From Phoronis australis (lineage: Eukaryota > Animalia > Phoronida): a DNA stretch of 64,000 bases. The position numbers were made by a program, and so were the translations under genes. The notes below the pieces were generated by a model, which ran no database searches, had not been told where the DNA came from, and worked only from the letters and a program-made list of their open reading frames with translations. The stretch lies in assembly GCA_002633005.1 (NCBI GenBank), contig NMRA01000180.1:371955-435954 (forward strand). Direction: 5' to 3'. Positions 27,201 through 40,243 of this stretch are shown here, one piece after another; position 1 is the first letter of the stretch; every line of letters begins with the position of its first letter.

Positions 27201-30200
27201 ACCTCCTTATTCAGAAGGTTACAGTGCTTCAAGATGATGGTCAGGTTCAAATTTTACTAAGTGTTACTGAAACATAGATATCCTGCATTAGTAACACTAC
27301 ATCCCATGGAAACCCAACACCTTACTCCATGGGTTATCAAAATGCTTCTAAGGACCTCACACAGATACATGTACTCATTTCAACTCAATGAGGCTGTACA
27401 GGCATTTTGCAAGACAGGATACAGGACCATGGTTGGAAGTGAGTCTGACAATGAACAGAAGGGAAGGCACTTCATGTGCTCAATACTGCAGAGATGGCAA
27501 TGTGTCTCTCTAAATCTTTATAACAGAAAATGAACTTGATAATAAATGTTAGCTTAGAAAGCAAGGTAAGTATTATGTCCGTAATACGTGTTGTGTCTAT
27601 GAGACAGTTTGCATTTTAAAACATGAATGGCACAATTGACGGAACAGTTCTGTTTTACAGAAGTACTTTTAATGGAAACCTAGGTGGGAGTTAATTAAGA
27701 AACTTTGTTCTGCATGTGTGTCCTCTAGAGACTCCACAGTGACAAAAGGTAAAAATACGCTTACTCATTGTCTGTTCCAAGGTCAAAGATGCATGAATGA
27801 CACTGGGCTAGTGCTAGAGATTCATAAAGTCAGAGTACCTGCTGAACTCTCCCAGCTCCAATTAGAGATTGACTTCTACTGGAAATAGCTTAAAATGGAA
27901 TTGGTACAGAATGAATTGTGCGATATATACTTCAAGTACAGAATAAAAATACAGAGTTTCCCTACAGTTACAGAAAATTCATTACAAAAACGGAGACAAA
28001 GATCTGCCTGTATTGCCCAGATGAGATGGTAACTTATCAGTCATAATCAGGGCTTGGGATGAATGATGACAAAGAGAAAAAAATTTCCAGGTGATGTACA
28101 GTTCTGCAAAATAGACTTGTGTGGTAGAAATATTTTCCGTGCTGTGAACTTAACTGAAATAAACATTTTTGTACGAATAAAGTCAAAATAATGATAAAAA
28201 GGAGACAAACAAGAGGGAAATGGAAATCAAATAAGAGGAAATCCTCTTAGAAAAAAATTTCAAGCCCTGCATAATTGGTCATGTGATAACTCCTTCACCA
28301 ATCCCATGCAAAATGATAAAAAAACGACTTATAATGCCAGAAACTGGTAATTGAGTTGGCATGGTGACTCACCATGACTCAAGAAGACAATGAACAGAAA
28401 GAAACCAAGCATAGCTGTAAGGACAAATGCACCCATTTCAGTTTCAGTTCAGAAGAGCTTTCGATAACACGTTCAACTGGACATAACCCAACGTCTGCTT
28501 CCTCAATATTCCAGCATCAGCACAGACTGGTCCACAAAACTACAGTAAAAATTCTCCAGATTGGGCAGTCTGTGAAGTTTCGGACATGGGAATTCAAGCA
28601 GGAATTGAATTTTCCTGATTCTGAAGATTGAGACAAGGTCGATTTTGATGTTCATCACACTTCTCGAAAATTTCGGACACTGAATTTTCTCAACAGAGCA
28701 GTAGACTAGGCAAATCAAAAAATTTGCCAACACAACCTTTTGATGCGTCTTCATAGTGTAAGATCGAGGTAAAGGATTGTTTGTCACTGATCACAGTTCT
28801 TGGACATTGGATGAGCAATACTGTCTATTTCAAAAATATCACCTTGAACAAAATAATTAAGTTTCTTTGTTTCAAACTGCTGAGTAGACTGTTACAGAAA
28901 AATTTACTAATAAGCAATGCAGATGCTGCTCTCTCAACAATAGCTAAATTTGATGTTTTCCACTGTTCAGAGACTTACTAAATTGCTAACTAATGTTTGA
29001 AATTCAAACCTTACCTAGCATTATGTGTAGAGCACAAACCAAATGAAAAAGAAGTTCCACATTTTTGTTAACACCAAAATGTCACACATCTGACGAGTTC
29101 AAAACTGAAGTAGCTTTCTACAGTAACAAGGCTGACAGAGCTATTTACGAAACTCTTATGTCCAAAACACGAGGTACTTCAAAAGCAAGATCCAAGAGTT
29201 GGAGAAGTAACGGTAAATGATAAAAAATTATATCTGGACAACAGGTCTACGGCACTCATGATAAACATAATTTCTTCATTTATAAATAAACACGGCTCAC
29301 AAACATGATAAAACTCAGTTCACCAACTCACTAACACGGCTCAACAACCGCCACATACGCCTCAACGAGCACCAAACACCGCTCACCAACCGCCAAACAC
29401 AGCTTGCCAACAACCAAACAAGGCTCCGTGTCAGACTCACAAAAATGGCCCACACACCCAAAACTCTCACCAAGTGTTGTTGTGATCGCCTGTACAATAT
29501 GGACAGATTGTACAGTTTGATATATGTCACTAGGACCTTCACTGTTTGCAGTTTGAGGTACACCCAGTTGAAATGAATAAACCATCGCTGCATGGGACAA
29601 AGCATTTGTACCATCAATACAACAGCTCCTCCATGCACCCACAGATGGAGAATAGCTTTCAAAAGTCCAGTTTATGCAGTATATTTTGACACCACACAAA
29701 TGACAAGGCGCAAGATGATCGATGTCAAGAAGCCATTTACACACACAAACTCAAAAACGGTGGGAAGGCAGAAGTTGCAGGCAGGAATGTGAAATGCCCA
29801 TGTGCAAAGATGCAAACTGCGGGAGTCACACTTCATTATTATTGTTATTATTGTTGTTATGATGCTTCTAATTCTCCCAAGTTTACGTAGTTCGTGACAT
29901 TGAGTTTTTTTTCCAATGATTTTTTTAATCAGCTGATTAATGCTTTCATCAGTAGGCCTAAAGCACATAACCAAGCATTTGTATTGAACCCGGTCTTGAC
30001 TGTTTGTTGACTGCGTAATATTCTAACAATTTCCAGACAAAATAAATGGTGGTCAAGATTAAAGATAATTAAAAGACAAGGCACTGCACAGCTGACTGGC
30101 AAATTGTAGAAAATGATATCCCGTATGTATGAGTGATTTCACAAGCGCAATAGAGATGATCCATTCTGCCTTGTCCCAGTTTCGCCTTTAGATGTACAGT

Positions 30201-33200
30201 TGAGACCAAGCACAATAATTGGGCAAAACTTACTCTACCTCACAAGCAGATGACAAAAGTTGTCACCATGGTGCCATTCTGCTCCTTGTCAGCTAATCTG
30301 TGCCAACAGATGTAGTGTATACAGGACAAAGCATAATATCCAGATTGTTACAATTAATGTTACCGTAATATCAAAGTCGCCACAATAATTTATTGCACAA
30401 AATCTACATTTTAAAAAGAAACACTATTACTTTAGAAAAAATAATTTGACACAAGAATCTCACAAAGTGCCTAGCTCATGTGATCATGTACTTTGTTTGC
30501 AATACACATTGACATCTCACAAAGACTTGCATAGCATTGCATTTTCGCAAGGTTGTTGCGCTTATGGACAACATGCCACGTAACACTTAATGACTACATA
30601 ATTGGATGCGTGGTTGCTGCCAACTTTCCAGTTCAGCTATTTTTTATTTAAAACTCTAGCTTAGCACATGCTTCCTCAACAAACACCTCTAAAGAAACCA
30701 ACAGGAAATGTGACTTCCAACTACAACCTTTCTTCAACACAAGTCTGGCGATGTTTTAATGATTAATTAAAACTACTCAACAGTAATCAAATCTATGATT
30801 CACAGAGGCGACCCGTTTTTATTCATGTCATCACGGGACTCAGTTTCCATGGCAACCATTCATCACACTCTTGGAGACCGAGCTCGACAGCTCGTGTTGG
30901 GACAAGAACACTCTCCAAATGGGCAAATCAATTATGCACACTTGGAATGAGAGTTAATGAAATTTTAAGATGTAGAGCATTATTGATTTCCATTTGAAAA
31001 ATCCATCAGTTTTTGACAGTGTTCTTGAGACACGTTCAATCAGAAGACTACAGAATAGAAGTCTTGTTGGTTTGGGAGTAGATAACAACTACAATCAGTG
31101 TCTGGGAAGACAACACAATCACAGTGATGTGAAATCAAGCCTGATAATTTGATACTTGTGTCAAGAAAAAGTTGAGTAACGAAGAAATATTTCTTAGGCT
31201 AAGATCAGTTTTGTGTTTTGTACAGTTCTCGCCATTTTCAATCATAGTCTCACATACGTTTCTATGATCTCTTTAATGTTTTGAGCACTAATCAAAACTT
31301 CACAACTTTTGGAACCCAAAAATATGACTTTTTCTTAATAAAGTGCTTATTCATTTTTAGGAATATCAATTAGTACTATATATTTGAAATGCCTCCATTA
31401 AACAGGCTAAATAAAGTCACAAAAATGTTTGACTTCGTTTTCATATTTGAGTTCCTTTACTACTTACCCTTTAAAAACCGAAGCAGCAACAGTTCTCTTA
31501 AAACTTTGTCAGTAAGTAGCTAAAAATGAACATAAATTTAAAAACTGGCACGCAATTGTTATTCAAGGCATTGACACAAAATTTTGTAAATTGCCTTGCT
31601 GTTTGATAAAATTGTGCAGAATTTGTTCTTTAAACCTACTTTTTTTGCAAAAAATCAAAAGATCTGTACTGAAGACACTATACCATGCATGTTTACAATC
31701 TCTTTAACAACCGGATTTTTGTAATTTTCTTGCCAAAAATACTGTTGCATGGCAGACAATATGACGAACTGTTGGGCAGAGCGTTGTCTGCACTAAAAAG
31801 ACTCGCTACAACAATCATTCAAGCGGCTACTGTATTTATACAATTGCTGTTTACAGCCAACTATCCTCTGATCGTATACATCCACACTTGAACCAATATT
31901 TCCAGCAGCAAGGAAAAATGCGCGCTCTCATTCACGAAAGGTTAGGACTACAGTAAACTGAAAGAATGTAAGGAGCATCAACTCATGGTGCTTTTCTGGC
32001 ATAGGTCTGAAGAGGTCTGTCTATCCTATACTTGACTTTTCAAAACAAAACTGAAGGATATTCAACCTAGGTACTATGCCTTTAACCAAACATTAATAGC
32101 CTACTTGTATGTGGGAAGCATCATGTGACCTCCCTTCACAGTCTGAGACGAAATAAACATTAAAGGCATTCACTTTCTTAGTTACAAATCCCTTCTTTTG
32201 CCCATATCAGACTTCGTTCTCTAGCTCAACCACAGGGACTATGCCTTGAAATTGAACAACAGGGTGATCCTTTAAAAATAAATAAACATTTAAGCCTATG
32301 TGGAATCAAATTTTCAATTTTGTCTTAACTTCGGAACACCATATCAAGAGTCACGAATGGCTGCACTATTCTCTTATACACTGTTAAAGATTGCTTTTGC
32401 ATGAAGAGTTACCAAAAACAGGAATTAAAAGATTTTTTTAAATCAAAACCTGCGTAAAACGAAACTGATAATGATAATCTACGAAACTGTAACAATGTTT
32501 TTAAGATTACTTAATCTTAATTTATATCCAACTAAACGCGGTCATGTTTTTTGTACCATTGTTTTGCCATCAATTTATCTCTTTTTGCTAAATTTTAATC
32601 AACTAATTAGTGGGAGATGAGTATAAAGTTGAAAATAAAATGCTGCAGGCTTTCTACTCTTGGAAAATACATATAGTTTGCTGAGTTAAAATCTAGTTTT
32701 GTAGATATTTGGCTAAAAAACGACTTGTTATGGTCTTACACAAACTTAAGCATGTTGCTTATATCCATCACTACAAATATTTACGAGCGCGTTCATTTTT
32801 TTAGTAAACCGACAAAAATCATGCCATTCTGAAACATCAAGTAGATGGACTGGACCAACTTAGCGACTTGTTGTGAGCTGGATAATTTCAAGTCACCAAT
32901 TTGTACTTCAGTTTGCATGTGTAGACTAACAGGTCACACCTGCATATGTTATGGCATGTTCTGGACTGCGTGGACAGTTGATACAAGCAACAGAAAAGAA
33001 AGAATTTATTTTGACAATTTTTCAACAAAAAATATTAAGAAAATTTCAGTCTTCAAGCTTAGTAGATGTTGTCTAAGAGTAGTTGGGTAATTTCCATCAT
33101 CAATCACGCAGCAAGGTAATCAGCCTTTGGCCATTACCTTCACCTGGAAAAAAAGAATAATTACTGTGCGCTTGGGCATTGCTTGTTAACCTTGAAATAA

Positions 33201-36200
33201 CCTGACTGGCAGGTCACAAGGCTCAGTAATGAATCTCCAATCTTGCATGTCCACTTTACATTCATAATACAGGTTTTCTCAGTCACAAGCTGTTGAACTG
33301 ATCTTAACTACCTGTGAAATAAGTGAAGTGGTTTCAGTTGAGCAGAGCTGACTAACATTAGTTTTAAGTCCTAATCCCTCCTATGACAGTAATAGGATTA
33401 CAGCAAGCATAACACTGTGAATATATGGTCACCAGATTAGACATAACTACTGAAGCTGGATGCAACATAAGGATCCGCTCAGAAAGACTATACATGTACA
33501 GGACTATTTTGTTCCACAGCTGCAAGAAAAATAAAGTTCTCACCTCATTTTCCAAGCAAGGGCATTGCAATCATGCACCAAGATTTAAACGAGTACACAC
33601 CATTTCTTTCTCCAGTTTCTCACAGCAAGGCAATGCACCCTCTCCAGCAGTTGACTTAGCATGCTGCTTGAATTCTCCAGTCCTCTTTTAATTTGTTTAA
33701 CCACAGTAATGTTTACAGTCTTATATTTTGCAAGACGAATTATTAGCTCTTAAAAGCTTGACTACTCAGAACACTGACAATAAACTAGAACATTTCACAA
33801 AAGATGCAGAAAAAGGACTCTTTAAATTAAAAAAATGTCTTAAGGAAGGCTTCCTCAATAGGCAAAATAAGTAGAGAATTGTCACAGTTGAATCTAAGTC
33901 TACTCTTGTTCATTTAGTTCCCTACCTAGATAATTGGTCCATAGTTGGCATATAAGTTGCACGTCTGATACATGAAATATGTACCTCTCCCCCCTCCCCC
34001 CTGTTTAAAAATTGGCTAGAATGCTAGTAATGAGAACAATTACAAGTGTCTCTTTTGCTGGCGCTTTGCTGGCCCTTTGTTGGTGGTTTGAGTTATAACC
34101 AAATGGGGTCTGACCAGGACACATACAGGGGCCATTGGATATCACCGCATAAATCAATTTATGGCAGAGAATGAATGTGTTAAACATAAAATTTCACTTA
34201 GATATAATTTTCGCTTAACAGCCATTCTGGTGGTGAGAAAACTGACTGCAACCAAATTTTAAGCGTTAAACTGTTGAGTATGACACCGTCTTTCAAACAA
34301 TGAAATCAGAGGTAATTGTGTAAAATGCTGAATTCATTCAATTTATTCACCTGACTTTCGTTACCAACTGGTAAACTGGTTCATTTGGGCATCACAACAA
34401 CCACATTAATGTAATTTTGATTTGCAAAATCTGGACAAACTTGTGTTCCAAGGGGTTACTGGCTGGCGGGTCTGTTAATACTTAGTTAACTAGTACTTGC
34501 AAGCAGTGTAGACAAGATTATAGACAGATTATGTGCCCAAGTTCTCCATGGAAGTCCAACCACATAATTACCTGTTATTGAAGACCCATTTTCCACTGGG
34601 AGCTAATCACTGCTGACACTCATCACACTAAGTGGGAAGGAGCATATTTCCATAAAGAAGAGTGGTCATATTTGCACAGGAGGGGTTCCACGGGAATTAT
34701 ACCAACTCAGCACTTCATTGACAATCCCTAGCAACCCTTTTAAGAATGCATTCAAAAGCGATGTTCCAGACAAGAAAAACAGCTTTTGTTCAACACAAAA
34801 GCATCTTTTGCATGACCCAATTTCTAATTTTGCAGTACAAGATGGACAGAGTAAACAGCTGGACTAACACAGTTTCTTTAATCACAAACATTTTGAGACA
34901 CTGGATATTTTTCTTTAAGTTAATCATTTGATAATCCCTCTACAACCAATGGTATTCTGACATGATGATCAGAAAGAATTTGTAAAATATGCTTGAAAGT
35001 CTCGCTACATGTAAGAGTGCAGAACATCGCCTACCAATTACGCCACCTTATAACAAGGTGTATTTAATTTTGTCGCCGCTGAATCCGAAAATAACCATCA
35101 TATTTGCACTATAAGATAAGTAGATCTTCCTACGAATTTTCACTACATGGCAAATTATACCATCAATTATAAACGCTTATTTTTGTCCGTTTACAATTTA
35201 AAATTAGCTAAAACAAAATAACACGATCATCGAAATAGAAATTGACATTATCAAGGCATCAAATCTCTATCAAGCACAAATCAACCAATATGCTCATTTA
35301 GTGCAAATATGGCAAGGATGTGACTTGCACAGACCAAATAAACAAATGTGGAACAGCTAGTAAAATGGAAATTATCAGGAAGAAAGGTGATTTTGGAGAT
35401 CCACCACAACGCGTAATTGAACCCGCAACCGCCACGGTCGCAGTCTAATGCTCTGCTGGCAGAGTGAAGCCCTAATCGAAATGACAGAGTATTTTGAGCG
35501 TAAGTAACTGATAAAGTCACAGGCTTTGATTTCAGCGAATGTCAGGCAATCAAGAATTGGCAATTCGCAACGTCTCTTGTAGTTTCACAGCTCTTGCTAA
35601 AGTGAATAATTCAACAATGATCATAAAAATCCAGTTTTCATTCAACTATAATGTCCATTTAATTTTATAAACTACCTTGCTAAATGGTTCCTAGCGCCAA
35701 ACTGAAATCTTAGTACCGTACATCATCGATGAAAAACTACATGTTTACAAGAACAGCAATTCAACTTCCAGAGCGTAATTGAAAATTCAATCCTTCTAGG
35801 TTTTTGAACAAGTTGTGCAATTTGAGTCAACATTTCAAGTATTTACTCTGGTAGACATAAATGGTGCTTTCCTATTAGGGGATCTTCGGTTTATCAAAGC
35901 TTCGCCGAAACTTCACTTACTTTTCCGACTAAACAGTCATATCGAATTTATTGCTATGGCAATTCAGTCATCGAAGTAGACACCAAATGACACAGTTCAT
36001 TCATACTTTCATACGAATATTGAGCAGTGGGTTCGAAGCTAACTGAAAATTGTTTTTCTGCCGTTTACGAGTGTTTACCAAAAGCATTGGTGTCATTCTT
36101 CATCGGATATGCTTTCTTTCATTTATTCACGTGCGTCTGTTGAGAGCACGTCGGCTACGCTACAATAACAAGGAACATGTTTTGCAAGTCTCGCGTGAGC

Positions 36201-39200
36201 GTATATCGTTGCTGCGACCTCTACCGATAACTTCGATGAAGTTTCACTCTCAACTTTCCCACTACACTGAAGTTTTGGCGAGTACCGAAACTTCGCTTTT
36301 AAATCCTACCATTTTAAGCAGTTTCACTTGCAGATTAACTACCAGAGTTAACCTTTCCCACTTTCCAAAACTTCGGTTAGAGCAAAGTATCACTTCTTAT
36401 GGAAAAGCCCCTAAAGATTACAGAATTTTATAACAGAATGCAAACTATGGTTTTAAAAGCACGTTTATTAATTACGATTAAGCACAACATGAACTTGAAA
36501 CTGTATTTCGCCCTGTTAATCTGGCTTAGCAACAAAAATCGAATTATGCTTTTAATTCTCACAGAATCAGTGTGAACACTTTCTTTACTGGGATAGGACT
36601 GTAATTCTGTGGTCAATAAGAACATAAAAACCAACCAGAGGCTCAAGAACAAGCTCCAGAGCGTATTGGAGCTGGCCAACCCTAATTGTGAGTGGGCAAA
36701 TGGTCTATTACGGAGGCTTCGCCAACCCTAAAATTGCAAATGTGGAAATGGTAGAAATACACATTGATTGTGACGAAACTTGGGAACAGAAATAGAATCC
36801 TATCACGGAAAAACATAGTACAGAACATGTGACCGAATTTGGAAAAAAACGAGCCTCTACCTACAGCACAATTTCAGCACACAACCTTTGAACTGGTGTC
36901 TCCCAGAAGTGTCACCACTCAAACTGACAAGCAAACAAGTCCCAAATTCATATTTTGTTCAAAGTTTTCATCTCTGGTGCAGGGTGTGATGGGGGAATTT
37001 GGATTGATCAATGCACAAAATATGCCGAATTAGAACACAGCATTATCTTCTTAATCCAAATACTGAACATCTGTATAGGGTAGAGCTTTAACTGTGGTAG
37101 CTCATCTTTTGACCAAGAATTAGGCCATGGGTCATAGTCTACACATACTGAGCCATGGAACAGACAACAGGTCCAGCAAGCTATTGACAGAAGGTGGAAT
37201 ACACACATTGACTTCTTGTTCAAACAGGACCACATATTAGCATCTCATTCCAGGTCTAAAAATACTGACACTTCTTAACCATGCATCTCAATGTTTAGGA
37301 AATGGCTAGAGGGTGAACCAAATAGGTACACTGGCCATACTTAGTTATGCAACAATACAATCACTGGTTATTGATTGCAGATCAAGTTTAACTGTAGTGT
37401 TACTAATTTGCGTGCATTATTGATGGGAAATATCATACAGTAAGGACAGTGTAACTCCTATTGGGGTGAAAAATTGCCAAATTACATAGTAGTACTAAAG
37501 CTTCATAAAAGCAGAATAACTGGAAGCCACAGCTAAAGGGAAAATTAAGAGTGTCCAACATATCCAATATATAAGTTTTCCAAAAAGCAGCTTGCCAACT
37601 TCTGACATTAACTCATTGTTTATTTTTACTAAAAACATATACTACATTGCAAAACAATCAATTTTAAATAAATTCATAAATCAACCCAAATAAGTTTTTA
37701 AACAAGTTATAAATTCGGGTTACAGTGAACCCCTCAGAAGATAACTTGGTCCATAGAAGTTAGGTACTGATCTATAAATGTTACGTAACCAAAAAGACTT
37801 CACTTACTTAGCACACAATATGGCCAACAAGTGAAACTCTACGTTGTGTAATTTCTGAACACGAACAGCAATAAAGAAAAATTTAGTCTAGTACTAGCGT
37901 TGTTATGTAGACACCATAAAACAACATAAGAAGCCAAGGAATTGTACGTTGAAGGAAAATGGTAAAAGTAAATTTTTGCAAAATAAGTGGATAACTGTAT
38001 GAGTATCTTGGCAGGGGTTCAGTCTAATAATATTCAAACCAGCATAATTCCAGTACAAGGATCCAAAAAAGAAAACCATAACAAAATTAATTACAGTGGC
38101 TCCATAGAATGTTTGTATTAATTATTGATACTGAAATTATTATTGTCAACATCTCATCCGCTTTGTCATGCTTGAAAGTAACACAACCAAGATTGGGTGC
38201 TACGTCACAATCTTATACCGTTTCTCTAAGATACAAAATAAGAAATAACAAACTTCACTATAAAATATGTTACTAAAGCCACAGTACAGATTTTATGATT
38301 TCTAAGATGCACACTGTTCGCAAATAGAGCTAATTTCGCTGCACATCAAGCAGCAGAACTAGGCAACATGATTGTCTCCCCTGCTATGAAGTGGTGGGAC
38401 GGTGTTTCTGTTCTGGGAATGCTCAACTGATTTATAGAATACAATATAACAAAAAATAACGATAGCCTAATTTACAAATAAATGATATTAACTACACTCA
38501 TCTACCTTTCGGTGTTTTGTCATAAACAGACAAATTATATAGGTCAACTGACCAACACTGGTCATCATATCATTGAAAGAAACAGAACTTTTTAGCAAGT
38601 AAATCGAGCTGGTTATAGGATTGAATTTATCTAAAATAAGTGTAAAGCATCAAAGATCATCATTTTATTGATTGACGAATTTGATTTTGTTGGGTTTCAT
38701 ATTTTTTAGTATACTTTCATTCAAAACTTATCTCCAACTCCCAGTGACAACTTTTTGACAAGTTAGCTAAGAAGATTATCATCATGTTACTCAGGAGTGA
38801 AGCTAAATGGGAACACAAAAACTATTCAATCTTCCAAATTACGTGTCTTTGAAATCTTCTTATTTAATTCATTTGAACTTAAGCAACATAAACCACCGCA
38901 CACAATTGACTACAGAGCTCTCACACCATTCTAAACAGGCTCAGAAATAGATTAGCCAGCATTTTGTATTTGGTTGTTCATAAATACCAAACAAAGTTTG
39001 ACCTTAAATCAGGTCTTTAACCTGTGCTTTTTGTTGAAAAAACAAGGTTTGATTTAAGCCATTTACTGTTTGTTAAGAAATTGATTCCAAACTTTTCCTT
39101 CAGTAAAAAGAATTGAATTCTGGGACTGGAAAGAACTTCACCAGACAAATGTTATGAGCTTGGTTTGAAGAAATAACGAACTGTCAGTTACTCTCGCGCC

Positions 39201-40243
39201 ACGAGATCACATCTTCTAAACTAAGTAAGAAGGAGGCAAGACCAATTTTATAATGGTAAGTGGCCTAAAGTTTTTAAACCAAATTACCCTTGAACTAAAC
39301 CTCTTTATTACTAACCCTTTGAAGGAGTTTGGAGAATTATATTTGAATGACCCTTTGAATACAATCAGAAGGCCTAAAATGATTTAAATCTTTTAGAACC
39401 TTACAGTGCAGTGAGTTTGACTTCTGGTTTCCATGGTGCAGATGGGTATAAAATGCAAGGTTATCAAACCACAAAATGATCCTCGACATTTCATTTTTGA
39501 TGACCTTGCATTTCAGGGGTCTCAATAAACTGGAAGTCACAGAGAACCACGAAGTTACTTCCACTAAATAACGAGCGTTACTCAGGGGAAGGACCGGTTC
39601 TCATCACCTCTGCTTAACTTATGATACCCAGAATGAGTACACTGTTAATAAACTGCAGGATTACCACCTTCGATTCTCTGTATTAGTGACTATTAGTCCA
39701 CACGAAACAAGATTCAGGATCCCAGATTAACACCAAAATAGTGCCTAATGGTCTCAAACCTAGTGAAAGTCAAATACCTACCAATTGAAACTCCCTTCTC
39801 CGGTCAAATGCAGCTTTTATGCCTGTATCAGCCCACAATTTTTCAACAAGAGGTGCATACTGTAAGAACACAGGTTCCTCTAGTTTGGTGTTATTGTCAT
39901 AGGCGAACACTGTCTGCGCATTAGATTCATTGGATTCATCACCCCATGGAATTTTTAACTTATCCCGAGCGTCTATTAAAACTTTCATGCCCTTCACAAT
40001 GTTACTGTATATGATGAATTTGAAATCCAATAAATCCTCTTCGCTGAAATCTCTGCCATGGATAATTCGCATCTGTTTTAGGAACGTGCTCTTTCCACTT
40101 TCACCAGATCCCAAGAGCAATATCTTCACTGTCCTTCTAAATAACAATTTCTCCTTTGCAAGGACTTTGTCGATGCTTTTGCTTTTACTTCTTTGCAATT
40201 TTTCTTCTTCAGAGTAACAGCAAGACGTGAGTACGTCCACCAT
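14642..40243 (-). CDS. GNA13: Heterotrimeric G-protein alpha subunit, G12/13 class (concertina-like), complete 3-exon gene, 362 aa
   Basis: Exons 40243-39782, 15698-15648 and 15217-14642, all phase 0 with GT-AG. Motifs [35 protein letters not shown] and C-terminus NLNSLMLQ are diagnostic of G12/13. Probably a single co-orthologue of vertebrate GNA12 and GNA13. Confidence 0.96.
15648..15698 (-). CDS. GNA13: G-alpha 12/13 coding exon 2 (51 nt)
   Basis: ttttcag|GGA...CCT|gtaagt; encodes [17 protein letters not shown]; not in the ORF track. Confidence 0.94.
15770..16140 (-). repeat. Old dispersed repeat with internal hairpin; inverted homologue at about 45700-46080
   Basis: GACCCCAGC..TACAA / TTGTAGCTGGGGTC hairpin at about 15903-15980; blocks aatctttgtact and gtgcaaactagg...atggacac align with 45718-46015. 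Confidence 0.5.
16463..16835 (-). mobile_element. Same hAT-like MITE family, copy 2 (inverted)
   Basis: TAGTGCTCGA...TCCAGCACTG with GTTTGGCGACCTGGG blocks. Confidence 0.68.
18669..18735. repeat. 12-bp minisatellite, about 5.5 copies
   Basis: (tcacgttattga / tcacgttattca / taacgttattca)n. Confidence 0.9.
21767..22154. mobile_element. MITE with 22-bp TIRs (PIF/Harbinger-like); partial haplotype copy ends at 23716
   Basis: GCCGCATTTACACGAGAGACAG versus CTGTCTCTCATGTAAAAGCGGC (inverted, 2 mismatches). Confidence 0.7.
21831..24488. repeat. Near-identical 1.1-kb duplication (21831-22963 / 23392-24488) split by an insertion and a single N; probable haplotypes
   Basis: N at 23391; SNPs and small indels between the copies. 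Confidence 0.9.
22964..23390. mobile_element. CpG-rich insertion present in one haplotype copy only; probable MITE truncated by N
   Basis: Begins right after the shared cagcaatt and is absent at 24488. Internal inverted TTAACTCCGGTC/GACCGGAGTTAA, repeated CGTTCATACTG and palindrome ACCGCAGCGTCGACGCTGCGGT. Confidence 0.62.
26880..27075 (+). mobile_element. Same hAT-like MITE family, 3' fragment
   Basis: gaacaattgtgaatc...tttcccaggtcgccaaacacaatctgagg matches 1609-1810. Confidence 0.6.
28048..28269 (+). mobile_element. 222-bp MITE with CAGGGCTTG/CAAGCCCTG TIRs
   Basis: TIRs flanked on both sides by CATAAT; inverted homologue at 47724-47972. Confidence 0.75.
35395..35470 (-). mobile_element. 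Possible tRNA-derived SINE head (degenerate)
   Basis: Minus strand reads gcagagcattagactgcgaccgtggcggttgcgggttcaatt: anticodon-arm-like segment plus B-box GGTTCAATT. Confidence 0.3.
35863..36411. mobile_element. Degenerate CpG-rich MITE (Harbinger-like)
   Basis: Imperfect TIRs GGTGCTTTCCTATTA / TTATGGAAAAGCCCC; recurrent CTTCG/CGAAG motifs. Confidence 0.4.
36497..36830. mobile_element. Degenerate third copy of the palindromic MITE
   Basis: tatttcgccctgttaatctggc...gccaaccctaaaattgc...gaaatagaatcct shared with copies 1 and 2. Confidence 0.5.
39782..40243 (-). CDS. GNA13: G-alpha 12/13 coding exon 1 (154 codons)
   Basis: MVDVLTSCC...[24 protein letters not shown]...RRREFQL|gtaggt. Confidence 0.96.

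Noticed and set aside
15699-39781. Nested protein-coding gene or autonomous transposon in the 24-kb G-alpha intron
   Set aside because: ORFs are under 140 aa with no recognisable domain, and I found no phase-consistent exon chain. Small or non-coding exons cannot be excluded without RNA-seq (e.g. a strong + strand donor near 27565).
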